From: Massalongia carnosa | Taxonomy: Eukaryota | DNA: 64,000 nt | Assembly: GCA_965645245.1 (NCBI GenBank) | Contig: OZ287068.1 | Coordinates: forward strand, 2,790,001-2,854,000 | Reading direction: 5' to 3' | Shown here: positions 24,994 to 38,510 of the stretch, in pieces | How positions within the stretch are numbered: the stretch's first letter is position 1 | Layout: each line of letters opens with the position of its first letter | Position numbers and translations under genes: made by a program | Notes under the pieces: generated by a model | The model's database searches: none | What the model saw: only the letters and a program-made list of their open reading frames with translations | What the model was told of the DNA's origin: nothing

Positions 24994-26569
24994 TATGTAT
25001 AGATTTGCCTAAAACAAAGGATCAACATTTGGGAAACGTGGCGAAACAACATACTTAAATTCTAGCTCCAACCCAGCCGCGGATGGAAGTACTGCATGTA
25101 CGGATGAATCGCCAGCACAGACAACGGGAACACAGCCGAAATAAAACCGAACACTGATACCACCCTAGATGACGCGGCGCGCACGGAAAGGAAGAAATTC
25201 AGAATACAGAGATAGGAATGTTATTTTTAAGACGCCTGAAGCAAAAGCCCTCTCTTCCTATCGCTTTATTTCGCATGTTTTTCCTTGAGACCACCTCTAC
25301 GCCAAACGCTAATTTCACCTTCCGTGCATGCAGAATAATGTGACGAAAAATAGAATGAATGCGAAAGAGAGGGTAATGGGCACGTGATGGGATGAAGAGA
25401 AGAAGAGAAGACGCTGCATGCAAAACGGGTTAGGTTAGTTAGCGTGAAAAAGCGGGCTAATCATCCGGTAGTTGCCTGATCGATGTCCGAAAACACTAAC
25501 TAGCAAGCGGGAAGAATTACTTCGTACTCCGTACCTAAAAGGTTGGTTCGGGCAGAGGCTCAACCCAAGGCTGTGGCAGAGAGCACAATGGTGAATGATC
25601 AGGCAACTGATCTGCCAATAGCCAAGGCCATCGGCAAGATAAAAGTTGAGGAACAAATAAAGTCAAAGCACCCTGCAGCAGGATATCTATCTCGAAACCC
25701 GTTAGCTTGTGGTTCCTGGAATTTTCCTGGTAGGAATCCAGTCCGGAATTTTTTCAACTAGTTCGATGGAATTAAGAGAACCCGCGTCATTACGGCGGTG
25801 AATGCACTGTTTAGGAGGGGATTGGTAGAGTTACTTTATCGTCGACATTGGAAATATGCATTCTTAAGGGGGTATGATATCTTATGGATGTACTGTGCAT
25901 TGTTCGGCAGTTGACGAAAAACTTGCCAAGAATGTATCTGGTGAGGATGAAGATCCAAATGGTATAATACTTTCCGGGCACCCTCCGCGTTTCGGGGTTT
26001 GTGACATATACTTAGTCCCTTTCCAATTTTGCTCACAGTTAATAAGCAGCTGGGGTCTATGGAAAACCGGCCAAGATAGGTTCCTGGATGCTACACTGTA
26101 GGTGAGTCATAAAAGACTTCTTCGGTGACTAGGACAGCTCTATGTGCCACCACAGAAAGATACACAATCTGGCGGTTTCCTCGAGTTCTAAATCTCAACG
26201 TCTAGCGCTATTCTTGCGAGAAATGGGACTGTTTTCGAGTCGACGCAGCGAAACACAGCGCACAGAACCTTTAGCTCGAGTCTCGGTTTAAAGCACAGGT
26301 CCCGCAATGTGGGGTTCGAAAATATCTGCCGTGAAAAAGAAAAAAAACCCTTTCATGGTGCCTGGACTGATTGATTGATTGATTTATTCTTATTCCGATA
26401 TGACACCGGCCGAAGGCCGGCCCATGCGGGCTGTCTATGTTTATCATACAAGGAAAACCCTTCTTGGGAATAAAAACCCCGTAGACTACGCACTACCTCC
26501 GGAGCCTCGCTGGCAACAGGCTGCTCTCTGTGATCGTTTTTCTTTAGAATCCTTGACGAAAATGAGAAG

Positions 26570-29500
26570 TTATATCTCGTATAACATTTGCGATGCTAGT
26601 GAGAACTGTGTTAACAAGTTTGCTTTTATTATCCATGCAGTTAGCTTTTTCAGCATTTTCGACGAACGCGTAATCGTCCGGTAGTCGTGGGTGCCCAATT
26701 GTCTGAGCAGCTCATATCTGCCTTCGATTAGTCTGCAGTGTAATATGATGTGTTTGGCAGTCTGTTTCTGCCAGCCACACGAGCAAGCTGGAGTCATAGC
26801 TCCCGGAACCCGACGATTGAACAGGAAGTTTGCCAAACCTATTTTCTCAGTGCGGATTTGCGTGGTTAGCGCGCTTTCCGCCTTCATCAAGTTGTCATGA
26901 ATCTTCAATCTAGTTCTGTTGAGTGGTCCGAGCTGTGCCTCTGTTGGGTAGGGAACGCGGTCCTGATACGTCTTCCACCTGGTCTCCCAACGCTCCTTGA
27001 TTCGTACTGTAATGGTCTTTGCGTGCTTTCCGATAATTCGGCGTGCCGTGATGTATTTCTCGAGACGGACAGGGTCGGGTCCTGATCAGGGTCGGGGCGG
27101 CGGCGGTATTGCGGCTGGGGCTTCGTTGTTTAGCATCTTGCTGGCCCATTCGTGTTTTAAATCTCCTAGGGTGGGGCGTTGTATTCTTTTGCGTCCTGCC
27201 TTGCCTCGTAGCTTGTTCGCTATTGTGCTGCAGGCAGTGGTGATCAGTTTCGCTTGCCCTGAGGCCCGTAGGCGGTATCTTGCTTTCATCTGCAGATGAT
27301 CCAAGTGTAGCTCCATAGGGGCGATGAAAGTTTCCGCTTCGAGAACCTCGACGGGTGTTGCTTTAAACGCTCCTGCCACAGTGCGTAGGCATTTGTTCTG
27401 CATGACACTGAGTTTGGACATCGTGGCCTTGTTTTTCTTGATTTCCTTGGGCGTGTGCCACACGGCGCTTCCGTATGTCATTGCCGGGCGGACGACGGAG
27501 GTGTAGACCTGCCGGGCCTTTGCGAAGGATGCTCCCCAGGTGGATGCCGAGATTTTTGTGAGCGCTAGCGACTGCGACGTCATCTTTTCCTGCGTCTTCC
27601 GTATATGAGCTCCCCATTTTAGTTTTGTGTCGATTTGTAGGCCCAGTACTCTTATGTCCGTTTTTGGTTCAATCAGATTGGTTTCAATTTGAATAGTGGC
27701 CGTCATGTTGAATTTCTTTGGATTTCTTGACAAATGAATGAGTTCATATTTATCCGGTGCAAATACGGAGCCATGCCGTGTCGCCCACAATTCGCATTTC
27801 CTGTGAATTCTTTCAAGAGTTCTGCAATTTTCTTCCATGCTTTTACCGTATGCCAACACGTTTACGTCGTCTACGAATCCCAGCGCACTCGTGTTCGTGC
27901 CGGGTCTCTGGCATATCTCTAATAGGTCCGCGTTGTAGAACAGATACAGAATAGGGGAAATGGGCGAGCCTTGAGGAATGCCCGTGCGCACTGCGAACTC
28001 CCCGGTTGCTCGCCGATTTATTGCTAATGTGGTTTTCCTATTCTCCAGAAAGCTTGCTGTCCAGTCTGTGATCCATTTCGGAAATTTCCTTTTCCGTAGA
28101 TTGTGTATTAGCCTACGGTGAGACACCGTGTCAAACGCACCTGCCACATCCATGCTGAGTAGGGTTGCCACCTTGTCGTTGCCTTGTCCCCATACGGTGT
28201 ATACCTGTTCTGTGAGAAGCTCGAGTGCGGACTCGGTGGATCGCCCTCGCCGAGCACCCATTTGCGTGTCGGGCAAGAGCCGATGCTGTTCCGCTATGTG
28301 GGTGATTTTCTTTGCGATGACCGCTTCTAGAACTTTACCCATTGTGTTCAGGAGAGCTATGGGCCGATATGCCTTTGGGCTGGTGTTGTCTTTCTTTCCC
28401 GGTTTTTTGAGCGTTATCGTGTTCGCTCTTTTGAACTCGCGAGGATGATACGCTTGCGTGACGCACGCCTGAAATAAAGGGGTTAGCAATTCTGCTAGCT
28501 TTGTAGAGCATGCCTTGAGGATTTTGTTGGTGATCCCGTCAGGACCCGGAGCCTTGTCGGACTTGAGGCATTGTATGTTTGCGATCACTTCGTTCTTTGT
28601 GATCATCATGGGACAATCCGCGGCAGCGGGGTAGAATGACCCAGGTATGTCGCTCAGGTCCGCCGGCGGTGGTGGGGGAAAGAACTTGGCTTTCAGCATT
28701 TCCGCTTTTTCTTCGAACGTCTCCGCCGTCTGCCCTCCGTGCCTCAGTGGCGGCATTTTCGGTATCTCGCGGGGCTTCTGGCTTCTATCTTTTGCCCATC
28801 TTGCCAGCTTCCATATGCCCAGCGGCGACTCGGTGACTGCACTGATCTCTTTGCGGAATGAGAGCATTTTTGCTTTTCGGATTATCTTTTGCTTCTTGTC
28901 GTTGGACTTCATGTACGCTTTCCAGTCGTCCATGTGACGCGATGACGACCAGGAACGGCGCAATTTGCGAGTCTCACGGATGGCGCGATTGCATTCTTCG
29001 TTCCAAAAAGGTTTCGCGTATTCGCTGGGTCTGGCCCAGGGGACGGAGGCGGCTATGATTTTCTGAAGATACTCTTGGATTGTCTGAGCGTACTGGTCAA
29101 TTTCCTCGGCGGAGCGGGGGTGGGTGACGGGCGGGGCGTTGCTTTCTGCCTCTCTCAGTTTCTCCATGTTCAGCAGTTTCCATGCTCTGCGCTTGACTTG
29201 CGTTAGCTGTTCACTACCGAGAAGAATGCGGGTGGAAATCGGGATGTGATCAGAGGATTGGTTCATTTCCGGTTTCGACATGCAGTGTTCTAGTCTTTCC
29301 GTCAGGAATTCCGACATAAATACTAGGTCTATGGTGCTAAAAGAGTTCCGAGCCTCCCATGTAACGGTCCCTTTGGGCAGTGTAAGTGAGAGATCGAATT
29401 CTTCTACTATATCCAGTAGTTGGTCCGCGGCTGCGTGTTGCGTTGGCCTTGTGACTCCGTTCCAAAATGGATGGTGAAGGTTGAAATCGCCGAGGAGGAC

Positions 29501-29932
29501 GTGCTGTGCATCTGCGGCGAGTTGCTGACGAACAGCCGGGAGCGTGGAGGGGCTGTCTGTGGATGAATAAGAAGACGGGGACGGGTTATACACGTTATGA
29601 ATGTGCAACGTTCTCGTAACACCGTCGGTGCTCACGTTCAATTTCAACGTGCATAGGTCTGCGGTTGGGAATTCTACTTCCCAGCTTTCCGGGTCGATTT
29701 TCTCGTTGACGTAGAAGCATACGCGTGTGTCGCCGCCGGGGCGATATAGAAGGTGGAATCCGCTTTGGTGAGAGCTAAGAGTGGTCGGGGCGTGCGTGCT
29801 CCGCCATGGTTCCTGTATTGCTATAACGTCGTAGTCCTGCGTGTTTGAATCTGCCAAAAGTGGTATCATTGTACTTACTCGGTCGTTTCTGACGTTGTAC
29901 TGTAGTATGTTAATGGAGTTTGTGTCCTTCAT
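26570..29932 (-). pseudogene. LINE ORF2 (APE endonuclease, reverse transcriptase, C-terminal Cys/His domain) with one in-frame TGA at 27086-27088
   Basis: IAIQEPW, LLGDFNLHH, SDH, KAPGPDG, YRPIALL, GIPQGSPISP and FVDD motifs. The frame continues past the stop to CSCGWQKQTAKHIILHC. Confidence 0.9.
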
Positions 29933-31551
29933 AAACATCCTTCTTCCATTACGTCCGTTGCAGGAGCGGTGCGGGTGATTAGTCCTTGGTCGTCGAGGGG
30001 GGGAGGTGTGTCGGGGGTCGGCGGGGAGGGTTGCAGCGGGTGGGCGGCGGGATTGGTGCGGGTGGGGGCGGGTGTTGCAGCCATCGTCGTTGACGTGTTG
30101 GGTGGTCTGCCTAGAATGGGCTTTGCCATTGCTCTTTGCATGTTCATGGGCTTCATGATCTCTGTGTCCTTCCACGACGTTCCTGTTGGGCGGCTTGGGC
30201 CTGCCGGCGATACTTCATGAGAGCCGGCTGGGGCGGTTTTTCTTTTCTTGCTGCTGGCAACTTTCGGGATACCATTGACGGGGCTTTCCGTTGCCTCTCC
30301 TAGTGCTGCATTGCTTTCTTTGTCAGTTGGGGCCTGGGACGAAAAGATGAATGATCGTGCTACGATCGGGTCGCCCGTAGCGAAGAGCTGCGACGAGCTT
30401 TTCCTAGCCTTCTCTATCTTGCTCATTTCTTGTATCCTGAGTTTGCATGTGGGGGCCCACGCTACGTGGCCTCTCTCGTCGCAGCATGCGCATCTCTTCT
30501 GTCTACCGGTTGTTTCCGGGTTGCATTCGTTGGTCGGATGCCCGCCGGCGCAGTGGCCGCACGCCGTAGGATTGCGGCAACGTTTTCCTATATGTCCGTA
30601 TTTGTAGCAGTTAAAGCACTGCGTCAGCTTGCAGCTCTTCGCAAATTTTTCGCAGTTCTTTATCTCGTGGTCGACCAGGAAGCCTTCGTTAATGAGGCGG
30701 TTGGCCATAGCAGGGGTCTCTACTTCTATGTGCAGCGATGAGTATGCCTTCTTTTCTTTGATAGCCCTGAACGACCAGGCGATCCTCGTGATTTTTAGGC
30801 CTGGGTGTAATCGTGCATTAGCTGTCTGCAGGTACTGTATGATTTGATTCTGATTGGTGGCATCGATATGTTCCACCTTGACTCCGCTAGCTCGTACTGC
30901 AAAGGTGCGGCGCTGGACCGTGGCTGACGCTGCGACCGCGGTGATCCACTTGGTGTTCTCGTGTAGGGTCTTCTTGATCTCTGCTGATTCTGCGTGGATC
31001 CGTATGTCCCCGCTTGTGAGTCGAGATATTCCCACTATTCCTCCGACATTTTTCTGCAGCGATTCCACCAGCTCCTGGGTGGGCAGCTGTCTTACTCTTT
31101 CTCGATCGGCCTCATTGGTGAACCGTAGTGTGACCTCCCGGGCTCTTTTGGCCTCGCTAGGGGATAGTTCTTTGGTTTTTTGAGGTCTTGGGTGTCTTAG
31201 ATTGTACGTTGGGTTGGGCCCGACTTGGGCTCGGGATGTCGATGGGGTTGCCGCGGTGGCGTAGCTTGTGGTGGGCTCGTTGTTCTTTCTAACGCCTTCC
31301 ATGCGATTGAGCGCGTTCTTTATGTCCCGTAGGGATTCCGCCACCATGCTGGTGTCTTCATTTTCCGAGTTAATATGGATCTGCGTCTGCAACGTGGCTT
31401 TTACCTCATTTAACAAAGAGTGCGCCACTGGGTCTCCTGAGCTGTTGCCAAGCTTTAAATACTCATCTATCTTTGCTCCCAAGAGCTTTATCGTCTTCTC
31501 CTGCTCCTTCTTGCGTCTCTCGCGGTCTTGTGTAGATTTGTTGATCATCAT
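29929..31551 (-). CDS. LINE ORF1, gag-like nucleic-acid-binding protein
   Basis: Three zinc knuckles: CFNCYKYGHIGKRC, CGHCAGGHPTNEC and CACCDERGHVAWAPTC. Confidence 0.9.
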   Translation of the reverse strand: MMINKSTQDRERRKKEQEKTIKLLGAKIDEYLKLGNSSGDPVAHSLLNEVKATLQTQIHINSENEDTSMVAESLRDIKNALNRMEGVRKNNEPTTSYATAATPSTSRAQVGPNPTYNLRHPRPQKTKELSPSEAKRAREVTLRFTNEADRERVRQLPTQELVESLQKNVGGIVGISRLTSGDIRIHAESAEIKKTLHENTKWITAVAASATVQRRTFAVRASGVKVEHIDATNQNQIIQYLQTANARLHPGLKITRIAWSFRAIKEKKAYSSLHIEVETPAMANRLINEGFLVDHEIKNCEKFAKSCKLTQCFNCYKYGHIGKRCRNPTACGHCAGGHPTNECNPETTGRQKRCACCDERGHVAWAPTCKLRIQEMSKIEKARKSSSQLFATGDPIVARSFIFSSQAPTDKESNAALGEATESPVNGIPKVASSKKRKTAPAGSHEVSPAGPSRPTGTSWKDTEIMKPMNMQRAMAKPILGRPPNTSTTMAATPAPTRTNPAAHPLQPSPPTPDTPPPLDDQGLITRTAPATDVMEEGCL

Positions 31552-32269
31552 TATAACTATATGAAATCCAATGATAAAAAACAGAAAATCATTCAAAAGG
31601 CATGGTGCCTGGACTAGTAAATCGAAATCCAGCAAATATTGTGGATTGGGTTTGGGCATTAGTTCATGCACAACCTAGGAGCATCAAAAGGTGGCTAGTT
31701 GAGCATAAGTCTCAAAGGTGCTTTGGGCTTGGATCGCGCATCGGAATAATTGTCTGGGAAAATCGACCTCCTGCTGGCCAACGATATGGAAGACGCGAAT
31801 TCTCACAGCCTGTGCCACGTGTAAACTAGCCTTCGCTACTACTGAAGGTATTCTATGATGAAACACAGCTGATTATCAAATATAAGCCATGCCAAGTATG
31901 GGTGCAAGCTGGCCAACAAAGGGAGCGTGTGTGCAGGTCATGTCAAGGGGAACCATTTATTCGCAAATTCCTCGTGAGACATGCTCATGACAGAATATAC
32001 ATATCGACTTAATCGGGTAGCATACTTTGAAGATAAAGTTACCTTCTCAATCGATGCCGTTCTTTTTGGCTCCAAGATTTTCGTGATCAAACGCATTTCC
32101 ATATAAACGTAAATGTGAAAGAAAATAATGACTTATTGCCTTTTAGCGTTTGGCGTTGCGTTTGGTCACCTTGAGCCCCTATCTTCCATTACTCACGGGC
32201 TTTGCCTCGCTTTTTGACGCTCCGGTCAGCTCCCACCGGTCCTTGGTCAGTTGTGCGTGTCTTTCTGCC

Positions 32270-34130
32270 CAATTGGTTTGTTCCCTAAATCTCTCCTTTT
32301 CCGTTCCCGTGAGATTCTGTAAACCGGTATTTCTAAGCTCCGAGAAGAGAGCTACGGCATCATTTTATCTGTCGATAGGAGTCCAACCATCTCGAGTTAG
32401 GAGTCCAGCAACAGAGCCCCAGAACTCTTGAGCCTCATTCCACCCTTCTCCATCCTTCATATGGGTTTCCAGTTCAGCCTCCGTAAACTGAATGGGGCAG
32501 GTAACTCCCATATCCAGCTCACTCCAGTGTCTGATCTTAGTCAATTAGGCACATGATTAAGGGATGAGGTGGGAGCGAGTTCACCTTTCTATCCTGATTA
32601 GCGATTATCTGAGAGGCAAAATGTCATCGACCAAAGTGTCGCCAGCGAACATTATTGGTTCCCACCTCGTACGTCCATGCTTGAATTGAAATACACTGTT
32701 CAGGCGCGGATTCTCTTTGGCCATGTAGATTTCGTAGAGATGAAGAATGATAGAATCGGCGACCTAGCTTTTGACTCGTGTCTTTTTGTCGTCTCCCAAG
32801 CTCCTGAAGTTCTCCGAAAGCTTGAGGACCATTTCACCCTGATAGTTTACCAGGCGCGGATGTCGAGCTTGGAGAAATAACGGTCCTACCCACACGCTCT
32901 GCCAGTCGATAATGCTTGTAATCCGACTACTTTCATTGAATATATCTTCAGACTTAAGGTCGGTGTGCCACAGATTAGAGGTCATGATTTCCGGGTCGGT
33001 GGGCGGCAAATATGGGCAAACCTTGAGAAACTTGTGAAGAAGAAGGATTTGGTCGTTGGGCGAATTTTGCGCAACAGAGGTTACCATCGGGTCGTCCGCA
33101 GGTCTTGGACAGCGACCCGAGTTATCTAGTCGATTTCTCGACGTGCTACGGCGGAGATATAATCTTTCGGGCTCGTCCCTCTTCTAGTCTCAGAAAACAG
33201 AAGTCAGCTTAAAAGGTCTCATAACTTACATGGCCCTCGATCAATATCCATCTCCGAGCGCTCTCCGCCTCAGAAATCTCTGGAAACCACCGGTCCAATG
33301 GTGAACCGTTTACGCACTTCTTCTTTGAGTTCGGATGGCGCGCTACCAACGAGTTGGGCTTCCACGGCACCTTCCACAGCATCGTCTGCGTAGTATAAAT
33401 TGCCATAGCTAGATCTCTAATCAGTAATACTGAGTAGAATGCATAGCTCTAGGCCATCGTGTACTGAGTGAAACACAGGAAAAGAAGCTTCTTCTCGACG
33501 GAGATCAGTTCTTTCATGGTGGCCACCCGATCTTCAAGCTCTAATCGATATCACGACTTTCCCACCTGCATCCCCACGGCCTCCTCCATGAGAATGTGCT
33601 CCGCTCCCGCTAGATTATCAATGCTCGCACTCCAGCCATAAACCTCCAAAACAGAGATATAGAAAACTATCCAAGACTAACACTTGTATCAGCTGATCTC
33701 CTGCTAGACGAACGCCTTGGCACTAAACTCTATGGGGGACAAGCCAGTCCATCGTGGCAACCTCTGAGGCTGTGGTAAGATATGCAGGTCCAGAGTTTGG
33801 ATTGGGGATCCGGACAATAACCACTTTTCCGTTATCCATGACAAGGCGAAAGACCTTGTTGAACGAGCCTTCGCCTAGTTTGGCTATATTGACGCATGCT
33901 CTCGCTCCGACGCTTTTGGCCGCAGCGCGCTGAAGTTCTGGGACGTTGAATTTTCTGTAGCAATCGCGAAGCTGCTGCTCTTCATCCCAAACCCACCGGC
34001 CGCTAGTATACCGGAAGAAGTCCGAATACTGGCTGGCAGAGTTCATAGAAATCTGATATCGAAAGGCGTGGCAGAGACTGCGAAGTTGAGCACGGAAGAT
34101 ATAGAGAGGGAGGCGGAAGTTTGTTAACAC
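32270..34130 (-). pseudogene. APH/AIM9-like phosphotransferase pseudogene
   Basis: FFRYTSGRW, KLGEGSFNKVF, ASEVATMD, LWHTDL and IIDWQ motifs; in-frame stops at 32764-32766 (TAG) and 32605-32607 (TAA); broken frames. Confidence 0.75.
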
Positions 34131-36699
34131 AGAAAAGGATCTTTGAAATAGCGACAGTTACCGCGCGCGTGTTATGTGGCTGCATAGTGGTATATGATGC
34201 CTTAAAAATATCTGCTGCATTGCATCTCTCATTCTGCTCTTCAGTCCAGGCTTCTTTTCATTATATCATTACTAAAAGTTGATCAATTTTTATTGTATAC
34301 AAACGAATAACACCAACTTTATAATAAATACAACACGTATTCGGCTGAAATTATCTTTTCTTTTGTAATATTGACCAATTGCGAAAATTAAAATAGGAGT
34401 TCATGTCATCCCAATTACTCTGTACTCTGTACATTCTGATCACATGGCCGCAATTATTACCTCAAGGTTCTTGTCAGAGGCACATCAAAATGGCGTGAGC
34501 GAAAGGACTGGTCAAGCTCATTTTGTGCTACCACTCCAAAGTCTCGTCGCCAAGTTGGTTGGACCGGATAGGGCGAGGCCAAAAACTGGCAGCCATCATC
34601 TAGCACCCAAGGGAAGTTATTGGCTGCAATTTGCCAGTTTAGACTTTTGATCTGCCCATGGCTCTTGCTTAAAACCTCATAGGAAGAACCATTCCTGACA
34701 TCGAACAGCGAAATGGTAAGCAATATACAAATGATAGCCGTTACATGAGTAAAAACTATTTTTCTACAGCAGATTCCAGCCTGCAAACTCGATGGAACGA
34801 TGCCTCTAACTTTATTTTCCAGAAACAGGGGCTCGTCAGCTTACATAGAGGCTCTGATTATTGTCCCCCAACAAATGTCAGAGCTATTTATGAAATCCTA
34901 GTAATATTTTGATCCCAACTGTTGAATATCCGATTCCTACCAGTACGGAGTACAATGAACACCTACTTGTTCAATCAACATAGCACTCACGACTACTCTA
35001 GATGAATACGGAAACTGTAGATGTTGCATTAGGCTTAGTCCTAGGATCGGTTCGGATGAACTTATCACCTCGCTTAGTAGGGTGGTAGGGAATGATAGTA
35101 ACTCTTCATTCTTAACATCACGGTCATACATATCTTTATTATTACATAGTCATATAGTCATAGTCATATATCTATTCAACACTAACAAGAGCCCCAACAA
35201 AACAAGAGCGTTCTGATCGTATTTAAATTTTCAGCCGGAGCGCACAAGAAAGGTCGTGTGCTGCCTCTCCGAGTTCAAATTGAGGATATCTTCTGGCTCC
35301 TGAATTCTCTGAATACGTGAATTATCATTAATTTTGGGATCTTCCCATCTTCCTGGGTATACTGAGGCCACCCGGTTTTATTTATGCGCATGTGATATGA
35401 AGATGTTGTGGACCATGACGTCAAAAAGTTAAAGGCGTCGAAACCAAACATCTGGCTTTTAAAAACATTATCATAGCTCCTCGAGCGTCGAGCCGGGTCT
35501 CAACAAAGTCTGTATCTACGAATCATCTGGAAGTTAGAGATGTGTTGCAGACATAGCTACATTCCATCAATGACAACTATCAAGGTGAATACCGTGCATG
35601 TAGACAATAGTCGACTATAAAATTGACGCAGGCATTGCATACTTCATCTCCTTCCATGCTCATCTAATATATGTATAGCAACGTTCTAGTCCTTGTACTA
35701 GAGCTACAGGGAGAAAACTGCTCATGCACGTTCCTTCAGTTCAATAAATCCCGTCTATTTTTCTGGCTTTGACGATTTCGATGGTATTGAACACAACGCA
35801 AGATATCAACGAGTCCTATAGACTGTATCATTTCGTATTACAGATGCATGAGAAAGTGGGTGAGGCCTGGATAGACAACGAATCCCCTCTATGGAATAAC
35901 GTAAGCAGAAGGGGTACCTAAACTGAGCGCTGTGGATCCAATCAGAGGAAAGAAGGTATACAATATGATCACGTCCTTTCCAGCAAGAAAATGCCCGTCC
36001 GTAGTGAAAACACCTGTATACCAGAAGATGGAAACCCCTGGCCTAGCTGAAGCTTCCAGTGTCAGTAAGAGAACCAGTCAAGGGTAGACAGGCTCCGAAA
36101 GACGTTATGTTCAGGCTACAATTTCCACGTCTTATCACAATGTCAATCCATTGAGCGCCGTTGAGCGGCATTGAAAAAGCATAGTTTGGAGTTCTCTCCT
36201 TGTTTACTCCTATTCAAGCTCTGGAGCTACATTAAGATCGAAATAGTTATATCCCGGTTCTGCCTAGGTACAATTATTAGAGGCTGAAACTCTAGAATAT
36301 CAGATATATTGGCTGGAGGTTGAACTCACCGAATCACCGGTAAAATCATGAGTGTAGATTCACGAGAAGTATCGCTATCTTCAGCAATTGATTCATCAAG
36401 CATATCATTGTAAAGTTCTAAATAATCGGATCAGTTCTTCAGTACAAGCAAAAGATAAATCTGAAAATGAGGTCTTAAACTTCATGTTGACAAGATAAGG
36501 TTGAAGGAAAAGAATGAAAATTTAGATGAAGATTTTCGTGAAGTGGCGAGGCCAAAGGTTCGAAATATTTGATTGATGATAATTTTTTATTCCGAAGGGG
36601 GGAGAATGTAGTAGGATCAATTAGGGGGTGCAGTAGCATAGCAAATGGGTGTATAGCGATAGTAGAATTAAGTTAAACCAATTGCAAAGATCCTATCTT

Positions 36700-38320
36700 A
36701 ATCTTTGTTTCAGTATTTCCACGAGTTCTTCGTTTTCTGCCATCTGATGATTTGGTAGATCGCTTTGCTCCTCGAGTTGAATCATAAGCTTTTCAATCTG
36801 CAGCTTGGGTCGATCGTTTTCTTGTTTCTGCCAGTCAAATTTTGGTTGTAATATGGCTTTTAGTAGCAACCTCGGTTTCTTGAAGCCAGCAGTGCCCTGG
36901 GATGAAGCAGCGCTTATAAGTGTTTCCTGTGAATCCCACTAATTCGTTAGGTCAACAATTGATGTAGACGATCTGTCAGAAGAGAATGGTGGATCCGTAA
37001 GTCTGATGATGGCCTTCTTGATTCGTTCCAGATTTTTTGGAAGAAATCTGTCATAAACTTTCCGAGCGAACTTATAAGCAGCCATGCAAGTGTTAGACTA
37101 AATGTTAGATATAATATTTTTGTAAACCTACCACTTTTCCTTGCCGTCTAGTTCGGTGATGTCGAATTTACGAATGGAATGACGATGAAAGAAGACTTTG
37201 TCTTCACTAATCAAGGGATAATGGCCGTAGATTCTCACACTCTCGTTATCGTGTGAAATTGAGAGAGTAAGAACCTCCCTATCAATCTCCTTTTCCAAGG
37301 AAACTGCTTTGTACAACTGAACAATGGCATTGGCTCCAATACTAGCGATGTGGGCATTCTATCGATTAGCGGTGGCAAGCCCGATCTCGCCACATTTCGT
37401 CTCGCATGTTAGGAACGGAAAGAAAGTATCGTTCGTGACTTTGACGTTGCAAGAATCTTTATAATTGCCAATTTAGGGTATAAGTTTTCTAAGCTCAACA
37501 ACGGTGAATACTGATGACTTCACTCCGGCTGCGAAATCGGGCTTTGGTCGTGGACAGGCGGCAAGACTTATACATTTAGTCCAGAGAGTGTGTCCAGGTC
37601 TTCTCGTACATGTTCGAGGTTTGTGAAGCCCTGAGCAAACAATAGTTCGGCCGAAGGAGCAATTAAAGGAGTAATATCTCGGAATATCATGGCTTCATTC
37701 CTATGTCGGTATATAGAACATGTTGCTCGGAAGAGGTTGTCTTTAAACAAGGAGGCCTTCGGAATTTCTTGATTACCATCAATCAGTTCCTAGCAAAAGG
37801 CCTTGGAGGCTTCGAGAATGGACGTTCATCGTCCATGTAAATTCAGACAGCGGTAAATTTTTTCCCATACTCTGGATTATGCTCATTTCCGAGTCTTCAC
37901 CAGGAAGCGAAACCAGGGATCTTTTTCTTCTAGGCTGCAGAGCCATACTATCCCGTCCAAAGTATTCCATAGGCCAACTTCCTCGCTAGATCCAGTGGCT
38001 GATGCAACTGCCGTTTTTGCTCTCGATCTTATTCACCACTTCTATGTTCTCAATAGAACTGCTAGACAAAATCCGCGGTCGCTTCTCGATAGGCTCGTCT
38101 TGGGCTGGTGGGACTGAACAATCTGAATCTTGTGATCGCTCCCGTTTATGATTAACCCTTGGGCATGTTTCGCGTCTGTTTTGGGAGGCCAGTTGCTCAC
38201 CGACCTCGGGAGTAGGGTCTGGAGAAGGTAGTGACTGCTGGGGCGGGGTTTTTTCCGTGGATGTGTAATGCTTCTGCTGGCACTGTATTGGTGCGTTCTT
38301 GTGGACAGATGGTTTTCCAA
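36700..38320 (-). pseudogene. Pseudogene of a widespread fungal hypothetical family (DUF7924-like from memory)
   Basis: Blocks RNEAMIFRDITPLIAPSAE, PRPKPDFAAG, FFPFLTCETKCG, ANR*NAH and LSISHDNESVRIYGHY; internal stops (e.g. TAG at 37359-37361) and frameshifts. Confidence 0.65.
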
Positions 38321-38510
38321 TACCTCGAGATATCTTCGCTATTGATAGTTAGGTAAGGTAGACTAAGTTGAGGAGTGATGAGTGATTAGTGTTAACCTCG
38401 GTACAGCCCAGTATATCCTTCTTTTTCGTCACCCCCAACGAACCTCGATTAACACTCTCCGCGTCGCTTTCGGAGGGTCATCCACGCTCTCGAATCTTGT
38501 ATCAGCAGCA

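Larger units (their letters stand above)
26369..31600 (-). mobile_element. Non-LTR retrotransposon (Tad/CgT1-like LINE), 5232 bp, with 15-bp TSD
   Basis: TSD catggtgcctggact at 26354-26368 and 31601-31615; 3' tail of (AATC)n; ORF1 and ORF2 present. Confidence 0.95.

Noticed and set aside
25836..26353. Coding-like fragments flanking the LINE (a possibly interrupted gene)
   Set aside because: Multiple stops on both sides and no recognisable homology.
31552..31671. N-terminal extension of LINE ORF1 in the ORF track
   Set aside because: It runs across the TSD into flanking DNA; the first in-element ATG is at 31551.
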